NCBI GenBank assembly: GCA_051362555.1
Contig: CM120640.1
Span: 24,290,225 to 24,354,224, forward strand
DNA from: Lingula anatina
Lineage: Eukaryota > Animalia > Brachiopoda
DNA: 64,000 nt
Direction: 5' to 3'
The translations under genes were made by a program, and so were the position numbers. The stretch's first letter is position 1. The number at the start of each line of letters is the position of its first letter. Positions 1-13,407 of the stretch are shown here, piece by piece. The notes below the pieces were generated by a model, which was not told the DNA's origin, ran no database searches, and saw only the letters and a list, made by a program, of their open reading frames with translations.

Positions 1-330
1 AATAAGTCAAGGTCACGGTTGATCTACGGAGGTCCCCTGGAGACAAGAGGTCATGTAGGTTTTCACTTCCCGTAGCCTGTGAGAACCGGCACAAAGAGTG
101 GGTGTTTACAAAAAAGCATCTTAAAATAGATTTTATTTAACCTTGAAAGCAAAAGGCACTACTGAATTTGAGATACATCAGCATTATATAACAAATAAAA
201 ATCTCTTTTCCTTTATTTCTTTTTTCTTTTGAATTATAATAAAAAAAATCTCTGGGGTAGAAATCCAAACAGAATTCAATTTCATTAAACTGACTGATGT
301 ACAAAATACCAAGTTAATTAAAAAACTTAC

Positions 331-3300
331 AGCATCTGCTTCCAGGAGCCGTGACTCATTTTGTGAGATGAGATTGGCAAGATTAAGGAAGGCGTTCAAG
401 TGGTTGGGGGCTATGCGAGCAGTGTAACTCTGGCCTAAAACAACAACAGGATCGCAATACAGAACATGTTAAGTGGAACATGGAAAGTTTTATAAACAAC
501 CATTATCGCAAAACATGATAGTATGCAAAAGTCTAGACTCCATATTATGTAATTTCAACAGCTTCTTGTCTGAGGGGGTTAAAATGACATTATGCAACAA
601 TAAATGCATTATCAAAGACCCCTAAAACACTTTCAAATAAATATTTCAGTTTGCATTGGTCAAAAGTGACTTTTCAGAATAAACAAACAGAGTATAAAAT
701 GTTGCAGACACCCCCTGACAACGTGTATCACATGCAGCCACAAAAAACAAGCCTTTATTTATAGTATTCTTATATTTCTTTGTACATTTTAAGCTAATCA
801 TTATCCCCCCCCCCCAAAAAAAAAAAAAAAAACATACCAGCTTTAGGTGAAGGCATAAGTCTAAGAGCTCTTCTGAAAGCTGCTTCTGCTTCGTCTAATC
901 TCTTTAAAGTATTATATGTTCTTCCTACGTTGATGTGTGCACCCATGTCATCTGGCTGAACACTGGAACATAATATTAATGGAGCACTTGACTGGTACTT
1001 TGAAACGGATAAAATAGACATGGACAAAATCAAAAATGTGTCATAACTACATAATAAACTGGTCTGGGTAATATTTCAATGAGATCAAAATTAAACTGTG
1101 AGATGAGAAGGGCATTGTTTTAACTTAAAGACTAAGGGGTTAATTTGTCAACCCTTTGGAATATCTTTTATGTAGATAGCGTATCAAAATTATACAAAGT
1201 TGTATAATTTGTCCAAATTTGGGGAAATATTTACCTTGCTGCCTTCAAAAAGTAACCGAGTGCATCTTCATACTTCTCTTCTGCTTCCAATGCATGGCCT
1301 ACATTATTGTACAGTTTGGCATTATTTTGGTTTACCCTCAATGCTGCTTTAAATAGAGTATATTCAGATTCCCTGAAAGACCAAACATATAGACACTCTG
1401 TACCATTTAGTTTACTGTCAAGCACTGAACAAATACTATTCAAATTCAAACCAAACTGTATCTAAATCAGTCCACATTTTTTTCTGTAACAGAGAGGGGC
1501 GAATTTGAACTTTGATAATAATCCCAAATTAAAATGCTGTCTTACCAGTCATTATTCCTGATATATGTTCTCAAGCCATGTGTCACCAACAGCATGGCCA
1601 TAGCTGCCCAGAGTAAGCTCTTCACATTGCTGAAATGGAGCCATTCAACTTATCAACAATCCAGTATGGAACAACAATACAACCTTTAATTAAATGTCAT
1701 TAACTGATAATTATCAAATTTTTTACATGACTTTACATAACTTTTTATTGGGGACATGGTTAGAAAAACCATCCAACTGTTTACATGTGTCACACCAATT
1801 TTACAAGCTATCTATCTAAAATATAGTTAGCCTAATACACAGTTTAAAAATACCTACACTTTTGTCAATATAATGTCAAATCCTAAGGCTGTCAGCATGC
1901 AAAAGCCCATGCTTGGAGCGTAGAGTATTCTCTCAGCAACAACAAATCCCACAGGGAAAAACAAGTTGGAGGCAGGAATAAATGGGAGCACCAAAAAGGC
2001 AAGACTCTGAAAGTGACAAATTTCAATTAAATAATTTATGGTCTGCGACAAAAATGTTACCGTTGTCATCTACTGCACTACAGAGGCTTTAAGTATGCAT
2101 ATTATTCATTGTTTTAACAATTACTAGACATAATTTACTTAATATTCTTTCTTTTGTGGATAATAATTTTCAGTTGAATGTAAAACTCAAAGCCTGAAAA
2201 TTACAGCAGACTAGGTTTATAAACTGCAAGAAGTTTTGACTCTCAATTAGGCATGACGTGGAATCATGAGACCATTTCACATCAAGTGATATACTTCAAC
2301 AATAGAGCTGTATCAGAATGTTTTGAAAAATAATATAGATTGGCTATTATGCAAGCGAGTCTCCTAAAAGGAACTCCAATGCTCAATACAAATATCAGAA
2401 TTAATTTTGAACATTGCATATCTCTGGATCTCTCAAAGCGTACAAGCACAGCTGTATCCCTAAAGAACACCTCTGGGTGTGATAAAGACTTTGGTATGAT
2501 TGTGCTGATTGTGCTAGATGAGATGAAGCTGAGTATATCTCAGCTGAACACATCCAATACAAGCAACTCCTAACATATTGAGAAGCTCTAGCATGGGAGT
2601 CACCAAGAAAATATTCTTACCATGATCACAGCTCTAGCTCTTGGTCCATTCTCTGTCAAAGCATATTGCACAAGCTTTCCAAGAGATATAAAAAATGCTG
2701 CCGTGGCTAAGTTCCTGATGTCCAGCAGAGACTTGATCAATGGAATGGTGCCCATTGTCCAGTCACAGCACAGGTAGGATGGACAGAGGAGGAGCCAGGT
2801 GTTGACCGGCAGGAGGTAGCTGAAGGTGAGCTGTCTGTCTGGAGTGGAGGCAACTGAGGCAGGGTTATCAAACCTGTGGGATAGAGAGGGAGGTTAATAT
2901 TGGTTTTAAAAAACAGAAAAAATATGAGAAAATGCAAAACAAAAAATTTTTTGAACTTATTTCTAACCATGAATTTATATTCAGCTTATCATCCAATAAC
3001 TTACATCAATCAACAGTTAAATGTACACTTTATACATAGCTAGTGGACTGCTTCAGCAGAGTACATGACACTGTAAAGAAGTTTTCAAGTTGTTTTGTCC
3101 AATGACATACTAGTGTAATTTATTGTGAAACAACACTGCTTATTGGATACCAAGAGAAGACAAGATGCAACAGCATAAAATGCAGATAATGCTGTTGCAA
3201 CAAAAGGTAGTGTACATTGAAAATGACTTCAAATATATATATCAATATTCAACAAATTATCACATAAGATATGATTAAAACTTTCTTTGAAATATGATTT

Positions 3301-6300
3301 AAAATTTAATGTTTTGTCATACTGCCGATACTTAAAAAAAGATAATTTCCCATACGTACCTTGTAAAAACAGGCAGCTGTGCCCCCATGACTTTGATCCT
3401 GGCAATGAGTAAAAAGAGAGTGCCGCCCACTAGAAAGCAGGCTCTTAATGTGGCTGCTCTGAGCCAGGGAGGAAAGACAGGCTTGCCATGGAGAATAGAG
3501 GAGAGGATATACAAAATCTGGGACAAGGTCATCTGAAACGTGAACAATATAGATAAGTTGAAAGCAAGTAATTACCAATGTACACCCTACCCAAAAAAAT
3601 GGATTGCTATCCGGTAACATAATATTACACATTCTAAAATATTAAAATTTTTACAAACATATGCCAAAGACAAAAATCATCATTATTTCTCATTTTTTAA
3701 ATACAATTAAACACATTCCATGATATTAAAAGAGAAGCAAAGCTATTTCAGGGAAAATCCATTTTATTATATTATTTTCCAATTTATAAATTGGAACAAC
3801 AGCCTCACTATGGGTATTTTCTGGTGTCTACTCACTCTTTGAGCAATAAAGACCTCATAAACACAGCAAACTCCTATCACAGTGATGCCTTGTTCCTTGC
3901 ACAACATTGCCACGGCTACAAACATCAATGTCAAGTAAAGCTTGCTCCAAACTGAAAAATAAATTTAAATTAAAAAACAACCAAGTGTATCAAATTGATA
4001 AAAATTGCGTTTCAGTTTTCTATTTCACACAAATTGCAAAATACTCAGTGCATTGACTAATCTAAGACTATAAAACCGATTTAACCGATATAAAACAGAT
4101 AAGAAAGGGGTACATCTTCTGGATAACTACTACTGTACTTGCACTTTGCACAGTTCTATTCCAATGGTATTACTGGGCCTACTTACCTGTGATGCTTTTC
4201 CTGCCAGTACACTTGGTATAAGTAAGGAATGCAGCAAGGTAGAAGATAGATGACAGGGTCTCTGCCCGACCCACCACACCAGTGACCTGGGTACAGGAAT
4301 CGATTTCATATTAATACCCTTTTTCTTTCTATTCTCTATAATATATTGTTGTCCTCTACAATAATTTCGAAATATTCAATATTCAAGATGAATTTACAAA
4401 AAAAAAAAAAAAAAATTACCATTCAATACTAGTAAACTGTAAGCTCACAAATTTCAGTCATATGTGCTTTTTCTACTATCTGAAAACTGGAAAACTCAAG
4501 GAGTATTATTTGACTAACACACCTTTGATATATTCACTCTTAATATCACTTGTTCTCAATTTTCATAAAAATACAGCTTGTAACAAAACAAAGATATTTT
4601 AGTAACCAAGTGAAATTTCACTCACCGCCTCTGTGTGGACTGGATGGACTGCAAACATCATGGCCGCCACAAAGCTCATCTTCTCACTCAGGAACAGCAT
4701 ACACATTCTAAAGTGATATTTCAAAAATACTTTTAACTTGTGTGTCTGAACAAAATTTAATGAAGGTTTACGTTTTATTTCCACAGCTCTTCATGCCTTC
4801 AAAGATGTTCTCTGACAAGTAATATTGCGTTTGGTGTGAAGAGGCAAGATGTGGTAGAGAATTTGCTATATAAAGTGATTCTTCATATTAAATTGTACTG
4901 AGTCTTTTTAGGATGTCAGAAACTTACTCAAAAGGAGATATTTAAGCAGCCATGTGTCATTAGAGTGACTTGTGTAAAAACAGCTTAAGAAATGTGCTTT
5001 AGGATCGTTAAAATATAGTGCCAATTTTTTTCTGGTATTCTGTTTTGAGATTTGTAGGAAAATGAACTAAAAAATTTTTAGAATAAAACAAAAAAATTAT
5101 GGATAAGGCCCCCCAACCACCACCACAAATAAAAAAAAATAAAGAAAATTTTTCAAGTTATTATCACTCACTTATTCTTCAGCTTAAAAATAACTTATCT
5201 CTTCTGAAAGCTTATTGCTTACTTGGGTCCAAATGTTAATAAAATGGCTTAATCCCAAAATATGTTAGATGACCCCAATCACATTAAAACATCAAAGTGA
5301 TCAATGCAGTTTTCCATTACCTCATGAACATAATACAGACTATCCCATGTAGAAGTACATTGACAAGATGGTAGCTCATGGGTTCCAAACCACTAATCAA
5401 ATAGTTCAGTCTGAAGGTGAGAACACATAGAGGCCGATAGGACTTATGACTCTGCTCCTGAAAGAATAAAAAAAATGTTTTTCACCCATTACTTAAAGTT
5501 CTAATAGCTTTTTATCTCTCAATATATGAGTTTGTTTATTCACATGATAGCATTTCAAATAACATCAGGGGGATTATCAAAATAGTCCTATAAATTGGCC
5601 ACGCTGATATCAAATACAAGAAAAAAGTGCTTCTGTGTTGAATATCCAAGTCAGTTTACATCTTAATATATCTATTTACAGCATGATAAATGTCCTGTGC
5701 ATACTAAATTTTATCCCCACCCACCCATTTTTTGCCATTCCTCAAAACACTGTTCATATTGAAGCTTTATATACCTTCCATTATCAAAATAAGTAAAAAT
5801 TACAAAAAAAAAAAAAAAATCCATAAAAATGCACAAAATCTAATTTGAACTCCTTCATCAAATTATTTTCTCAAAATGATGCACTACAAAATTTTTTTTA
5901 AAAGACCACGACTCCAGTTTAAAGGGACCACCTTCATGGGTGGATGTTTTCCATTTAGTTTTCAACAGAAAACTGTAATTTTAAGCCCAAAGAGTAATTC
6001 CTAATGCCAGACAGAGAACTCCACTCCATTGTGAAAGTGGTAATCAGATTTGAGCAACTGAATTAAGTCAATGCCCTGTGGCTAGGAAGTGATCAGTGGC
6101 AGCTGTGGCACAAGGCAGCTTGGATTCAGCACAAGTCACAAAATCTCAATATGTACGCTTAAACAAGGGCCACATGCTGCAAGTGGCAACTTTTGGGATA
6201 CTTTTCCAGTGTATATTATTCAGTGAACAACTTACTTTCTTAAATTCTACAGCTTAGAGTTCCTAAACTGTGACATACAAGCAGATTTTCTCAGCTTAGA

Positions 6301-6800
6301 ACTCTAGTAACAATCTATCAAAATGGCTTAAAAATGATTCTCAGAAAAAATAATGATTTCATCAAAAAACTTAAAAATAACTAAGACTATTTCAGTTTAT
6401 TCACAAGATGCCTGTGAAAAAGTTGAAAAAAATCTTAACAATAAGAATTTGTGAAAGATATGACTCAGGTATCAAAATCATTTTGTATACAACAATGGAA
6501 GAACAACTAGCACAAGAATAAAAAAAAACAAGAATGACAAGAGCAATTTAGAACTTCAAACTGTCATAGTGTCATATCACAGTATTGGTTTTTTACTCCA
6601 GTATTTCAACTTGCCTTGTGCATTGGAGTCCCCCAGAAGTCATTCCAAAAAAGACTGCTTATGGGGGTCTCAGGTCGCAGGTCTTTATTGTCCTTGATAG
6701 CAGAGACGTCATCAAACACAAAGCCACATCCTAGAGAGTTATAGTAGCACACCAGCACAGAGGCAAACACTATGGCAGAGTACACCATAAACCTCCCCAT
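331..6800 (-). CDS. TMTC3: TMTC3-like protein O-mannosyltransferase (transmembrane and TPR repeat protein); 3' end lies off-window
   Basis: Phase-compatible exons: 6800-6615, 5457-5321, 4707-4626, 4286-4187, 3951-3836, 3532-3360, 2873-2621, 2006-1858, 1629-1546, 1372-1235, 962-838, 434-331. They give TMTC motifs [81 protein letters not shown], then TPRs ([13 protein letters not shown]; [18 protein letters not shown] is TMTC3-like). Confidence 0.93.
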
Positions 6801-9800
6801 CTTGTGCTACAACCTGAAAATGAGAAAAGATTAGCATGAATTTACAATCCAGCCCAGCATTAGCCTATTTTTCCCCCCATGTAATAGATAGCTCACCTGG
6901 TGTAAACTAAGTTGAAGATAAAATATAAACTTTGGTTACAGCAGGGTTTTCCAATTTTCTCTGCAAACAAATACCTGTTTATCTTTTGTCAACAGTTTAA
7001 TTTTTCCCCCCTTAAATCAGATTACCAAATCAAGAATAAACCAAATCCCCATTTCTAAAAGAAATATTATCAGTTTCTGATCAGATTATGCAGGGGTAAA
7101 AAAATAACCAATTTAACAGCTTTGTAACTTGAGATGTTGCATTTCAATAGAAATTTTTGTGTACTGTTTGGCAGTTTCAATACCAACAGCTCCCAGCTCA
7201 TAAAATCCTGACCTTCACTGCCAGTACTTATTTTCTAATAGAAATGACTCAGACAGTGGACACAGCAATAATATTCCCACTATATTCCCATCAAACCGTA
7301 TTCCCATAAGCTACTGTCTGCCTCATGTTATTGCTCTAGGCTGCATGACAAACCTTATCAAAATGGATACAGAAAGGAAGCCATAGCGATATAAAAATGC
7401 ACCTACAAGATAAAAGTCAGACAGTCCTTATGGTCCACAGATTATTCTTACGAGAGAGACCAGCACGCGGCTTAACCTTCCCCTTTCCAGTAGGATGAGC
7501 CTAGACATTACTCAATCTATATCAGAGATTCAATCTTACCAATACAGACAGTGCTCTATTCTCTCTGCCTTAAAAGCAGACCTACCATATGCACACTCAA
7601 TTTGATTTGGTCCGTCTCCTTCCTACCTGTGGGCCTGGGACAGATAACCCCCTCAGCTACTGGCAGCAAAAGTATTTTAAGGCAGATAACGCAGGATACA
7701 CAGGGCATTACCAAACATCCCACTAGGATGAGTGAGACTGGATGAGAACTAATACTTGTTTTCTTACGGTGCCATTATTTCGCCATAGATGTCACATAAA
7801 ATCAGCTCCAGTATCTAACAAATCCAGACTGGTGGCATTAAGTGAAAGCTTGTTTGAGTCTGCAGTCTTCAGTTTCTGATAATTCAATTGTCATCACGTC
7901 ACTATAAATTCTGACAACCAAGCACAGTCTGATTAAAAAGACATTTAGTTAATGTCTATGGTAACAAAACACAACCACTAAAGGGGCCTGCACTAGTTAA
8001 TCAGCCACAGACTACTCAAATGTAGTGAAAAGTAAACTTCATGATATCAGTCACATAGCCAAGGCAGTTTTATTAACTTTTAAAGCTGCCACCTGAATAA
8101 AAAAAAATACATAACACCCAGCTACATTTGAGTGTGGCTGAAATACAAATGAGTGGTTGTAGTAATGCCACTAAAGTATGCCATTACCTGTTTTATTATT
8201 CCTGTATCTCTCTACATTATCAGTCACGGTGCTGATTTGAGAAGATTTATGACTTACACTTATATGTATGTCAATGGGCAAAAATGTGTTACAGGTGTCT
8301 TCTTTTCTTGTTCATATCATATATTTTATTTCACTTTTCTTTAGAAATAAAGCTATTTTGCATAAAGGTCTGTCTGCCTACAGAAATTGTCACACTGCAG
8401 GTGGAACATTACCATTTTCTTAAGCTTAATTAAATTCTTAATGGGAGACAGTTGCTACACAGATGATGAGAATGAGCTGCGAAAAAACCAACCTTTTCAA
8501 GAATAAAATCCATAATGTTAACACTTATTTTTAAAAAACCATCAGACCTGATAAATACTACCAAATACAATTAAGTTGAGGCAAGCCTTTATTTACCTGG
8601 ATAATACAACCAAACATGACCAAATATTTACATCAATTTTTAAAAAAATGTAAAAATACATAGACTATTTGTTTCCTTTGTTATATATGTTTGCACCTTT
8701 TATTTCTCAGTAGTTAAAAAAGAACAAATCAAAAAAACACCAATAAAGACTTATCACATATCAGGGAAAAATAGGGCATTGGATATGACCAAAACACCGT
8801 TTTGAAGACCTTTCAACAAATGAGGGACTTATCAGCAGAGTAAATGACATATATTTAGTATTAGCATTTTCACATCTACAATGTGGTTCCCCATGACCTT
8901 GCAGTGTCAATATTGACTCTCCCATTCTTCATTGATTCATAAAAATACTAATGCTAATACCCACCAGTAAGAACTGAATGTAAGATGCTTATTGTAAATA
9001 TGTAAGTCCTCTCAAAAGAGTGTTAGTGAATTTCTGACTTGAATAAAATTCAGATGAAATTTTGTTTAACAGTTTTCAATTACCTCAAGCCTGGGTTCAA
9101 CTTCTAAATATTGATATCAAGTTTTAAGGTACTCTATAGAGGATTTTCCTAGGGGAAAGGGGTAATTTTTTCCTACTCACAATTCATTGCTTGACCTGTC
9201 TCTGCACTAAGATTCCATGCTTTATTCTGTTTTTAATTAAATGAATAAATTCTAAATGACTGGTCAGTTAAGTCCTGTACATTTCAGAAAGAATTTAAAA
9301 CTAATTACTCTACTAAAAGACATCAAAAAATGAGCTAACATCTTCCAATTTACATACCAATGGTCCTGGCAGAGCTACCAGACATAAACCAAGTATTAAA
9401 GGCTCACTTATATCCAGACCTTTATTAGATTTTAATAAAATATATTTTTAAAACTGATATGGCAGTCTTGTTCTATTTATTGGCTGTATCAAAAATTGAT
9501 AACAGAAATTATTTTGGTCACACAGTCATTCATTACTATTTAGTAAATAATCACAGTCTTAAAAAGTTCTGTTCCACCTCACAATATATATGTCAGATAA
9601 TACATATTGACATTTAGCAAAAATACAACTACTCGCCAGGCAGCTTCATTCTTAAACTGGCAGTGCCTAGATCTTCTGATATTGCTTAAGATAAAACTGC
9701 TAAGGTCTGACATGTAATGGTAACCTGGAGAGATCTGACCTAAGTGGATATATACCTGTGATGGTCAGAGTTGAAATTCAACCCAGCTTCATTAACTGGG

Positions 9801-11374
9801 ATTTATAAAGGTCAATTCCTAGACAGACTGAACAAATGGAGCACTATCATCACTATGAGTGCTTTTCTGAAGCTAAATTTATTCTTTATGTATGGCAAGT
9901 AACTTGGGGAGACTTTGGAAGAAATTTGATAATGACAGAATCTATATTTCACCTGACCATTATATAAAAAAAATAAATTAGGAAAAATCATTTTTTATTA
10001 CTAGCTAAATCAGTAGTTTTATTTCACCCTACCAGTAAGGAACCAGTCTATTCTGTTTGGTGTCCCATCTGCCAGTGAACACTGGAATACTTAGTTAAAT
10101 CATATTCTGTGCTCAGCAATTAAAAAGGTAAGAAACTGTCACCACACAGTTATAAGATTGCAGAGTTTTAGGTATACCACAATTAGAATGATGAAGTAAC
10201 TTATACTCCATTTCAATTCAATGTTTTTTTTTTTTTTTTTGGTCTAACACCAAAGGTAAGTTCATGCTTATCAACTACGAATTTTAACTAAATCAATATT
10301 ATTAAAACGGAAGGTTCTTACAAGGGGGGGGCTCATTCAGATTGACTGGACTTCCTAGCAGATGGTGAAATGCACACTTCATGCACTGTTGTGACGCAGT
10401 GAAGAAAATAAAGAATTTTCAGCTGGTAATTAAATTCACCAGGATGCATTGTCTTTGGCTGTGCCAAGGAATATTGGTGGAATTCCAACTTACCTTTTCC
10501 CTTACAAGACATAGTATTACATGTTATTACTCCACACCTGGGCTGCTTGCCAGCCAGTCAGGTTGTGTTGCTGCTCATGATGTCATGCCCTGCCTCTTAT
10601 AAGACAAGTGATGAGCATTTTTAACTATAGATCTTCTATTCATCATCACCCTAACAGAAAATCTAGGAAAAGGTCCATCTAGCTACTTGGAGAAGTTTAA
10701 TTTCCCTAACAAAGAATACAGTGAAAGACTTCTATATGGTGCACGGCAGTGACTTTGGTTTGTGAGCAGAGAGACTACTTTGAAAGACTTGATGAAACCC
10801 TTGAGACAAGGGACGGGGGGGGGGGCTTGATTTATTCAGATTTTCAGCTGTAACTGTGACTGATGTTCAATTTGAAGTCCACAATATCTTGTGTCTCTAG
10901 ACAGAGAATAAACATTGAATTGTCTTCACCTAACTACAAATAAGATACACACACATTAATCCAATCTCAAATCTGTACAGAAAGCGACAGTGCAACGGTG
11001 CTTGAAGCAAAAAAAAAAAAAAAGAGGAACATGGATTTCTTTCATCCAGATTTATAGCCATTTTCATTCTCACTACAATCCAATGCTTAAACATAGTATG
11101 GTGTTGATTTTAGGTGATATTCTTTATATTTTTTCCGCACTGATAGTCATTTTAGTGTACAAACGCATGACTGGAGGATCCACTACAAATGATTAACCTT
11201 ACCCCAGACTGGGCGACAACGCCAAACATACACATCATTCAGTGGCAACCTTAGTTGCAGGCAATCGAGTAGATCAACATTTCTAAATAATAATCAAATA
11301 TGAAAAATACCAAATGCATTATTATCACTGAACATATATGCCATAAAAAGCATTTATATTACGTCTCCACTTAC

Positions 11375-11435
11375 CTAACAAGGTGAATATCGCTAATCAT
11401 TATGAACCGGTCCATCATGCACCCCGCCATGTTGG
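11375..11435 (-). promoter_or_regulatory. Probable TMTC3 non-coding first exon and core promoter
   Basis: On the minus strand a YY1-like CCAACATGGCG is followed by a strong donor G|GTAAGT at 11374. An acceptor lies 13 nt upstream of the TMTC3 ATG (exon starts 6813). CpG is locally enriched. Confidence 0.55.
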
Positions 11436-11762
11436 AATGCCCTGAATGTTTTTCTTGTCTTCAAAACAAAAGAGGCTAGGTCAACAGGTGCACAACGTTA
11501 TGAGAAGGTTCCCGCAAAAATGTATCCATGGATTTTATTCTTTTGCGATTTTTTTACAACTTTTTATTATTTACTGTACCAAAAACATCATACAGGTTAG
11601 AATGATAGGAAAAGTTTTTAGCGAAACTTTAATTTGAATAGATACGAAACGCTACGGTGGCCCACAGGAGTTAAACAGTGATAGAGCTATTACTTTCACT
11701 CCTACCACAATCAATGTATAAAGTGCTGTGCATGACGGTGGGGTGAAAGTGAGCAAGTGTAT

Positions 11763-12165
11763 CTTCAAGTTCTTGGCCACAAGGTACCTACAACAGCCTA
11801 TTTAATAGTACTATTTAACATCTGCCAAGCCAAGCGAAGTAGGCCTAAATGAACTTTTTGTGCCCCGCCTTTTAATAGAATCCTGGCTTCACTAGTATAT
11901 ATTTTTTCTTGTGTTGTTTGTTATTTATTTTTCTGCTTTGGAAAAAAGTCAGTTATTGGCATGACTTCTGGTGAACAGAAAAAATAAAATATGTCGTTAA
12001 TTAACATCGTCAATAACCATAAATACACAGGCAGTGAGTCCAATATTGAAGCCAAGCCAATTTCCCTATCCCAGTGCCCTTCCTACCATGTCTGTTTTCC
12101 TTGATACGGTAGGGCATGTAGGCCTAATAGGCTGTTGTAGGTACCTTGCGACCAGGAACTTGAAG
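11763..12165. mobile_element. MITE-like element with 40-bp terminal inverted repeats
   Basis: 11763-11802 (cttcaagttcttggccacaaggtacctacaacagcctatt) matches the reverse complement of 12126-12165 at 37/40 positions. The interior is non-coding and no clear TSD is visible. Confidence 0.7.
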
Positions 12166-13407
12166 TCAACATTCTATTTCCTGTAAGTAAAAAAATAATT
12201 TTCAAGTAGAAAAATATGACAAAGTTTTAAGGGCCAAATATCAGTACGTTGATTAGCCCTACCATGCAAGTTACTTCGCAAATTGTCACACGAATCTTGG
12301 ACGAATAAAGTGAAAAACGAATACAAATCACAATCGATACGATTAAAACGGTACCGCTGTACTGTACAAAATGTGATTAAAAAGGCTGATAATTACATCA
12401 CCTTTTATCATATGAATTTAAAGTTAATAAGAGTTTTGTCTTTTTTTTCTTTTAATTAGTGAAATTCAAGGAATGCATATAACTGTTCACTAGACTAAGT
12501 GTACAAAATGGGGAGTTTGTCTTCATACTTTTTAGTTAAAAACCCGATAGAGAGATGTTCTGTGGGATAACTATCAAAAATCATTGAAGCCACATAAGGA
12601 ATTTTTCACATAAGAAAAATTATATCCCATATTTTTTTAAGTGAACTGTTAATGTGCTTAAGTCAATTGTTTTAAAATAGGTCTAAGTAGAATTGCAGTA
12701 TGATTTCGACATTCGACAGTTTTTCAAGATATTGATAAATATCAAATTGATGGATGACCAATAATTTAGTTGATTCACAATTCCCATAAGTAAAGGGAGC
12801 GATTTTTTCTCTAAAAAGTTTTTATTGATAACTATTATCCCTAATTTAAATTCAACAATAACCAATTAGAGGATAACTGTGAATTCTGTCCACCGAAACG
12901 AAGTAAAAAAAAGTGTCTGGTGACAGATTTAAGAAAAGGATGAATGAAATTGATATGAGGTAAATAACTGAATTAACGTGGTAATTAGCATTTTTTGTAC
13001 CTTTACATTTTGAAGTTTCAATAAGTGTCTTACTATATGCAGTTTATGAACTGTTTGAATAATGCATTTGCTCGTGTTAAATTGGAGGACTACTTTGTAT
13101 CTAAGTCTGAATTCAGATCCACGTAGATCTGAGAAGGCGAGACTTTTCATCCATGTCAGGTTTCAGCTGTTTACCGACTGGATCTACGTCATCTAACATA
13201 CATCCACCTATAGGTAGTGTGACCCAGTAGAGATACCACTCCCGGCACCTCAAGAATACGCTACAAGGTCAAACCTTCTTAAACGCTGCACCTTGCGTTA
13301 CATCACAAATTCCGGTTTTACTAGAAGTAGAAGCGTCTCTGAATACAGCGTTCTCACAGACGTTTACGTTACAACTCTAGTATATTCAACGTTCTGGACG
13401 TCTGACA

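Noticed and set aside
1-110. GC-richer intronic stretch as a possible snoRNA
   Set aside because: It is truncated by the window edge and shows no clear C/D or H/ACA boxes; more likely a repeat fragment.
13297-13305. ATF4/C-EBP-like GTTACATCA upstream of the MFS gene
   Set aside because: A single short motif with no conservation data is not supportable.
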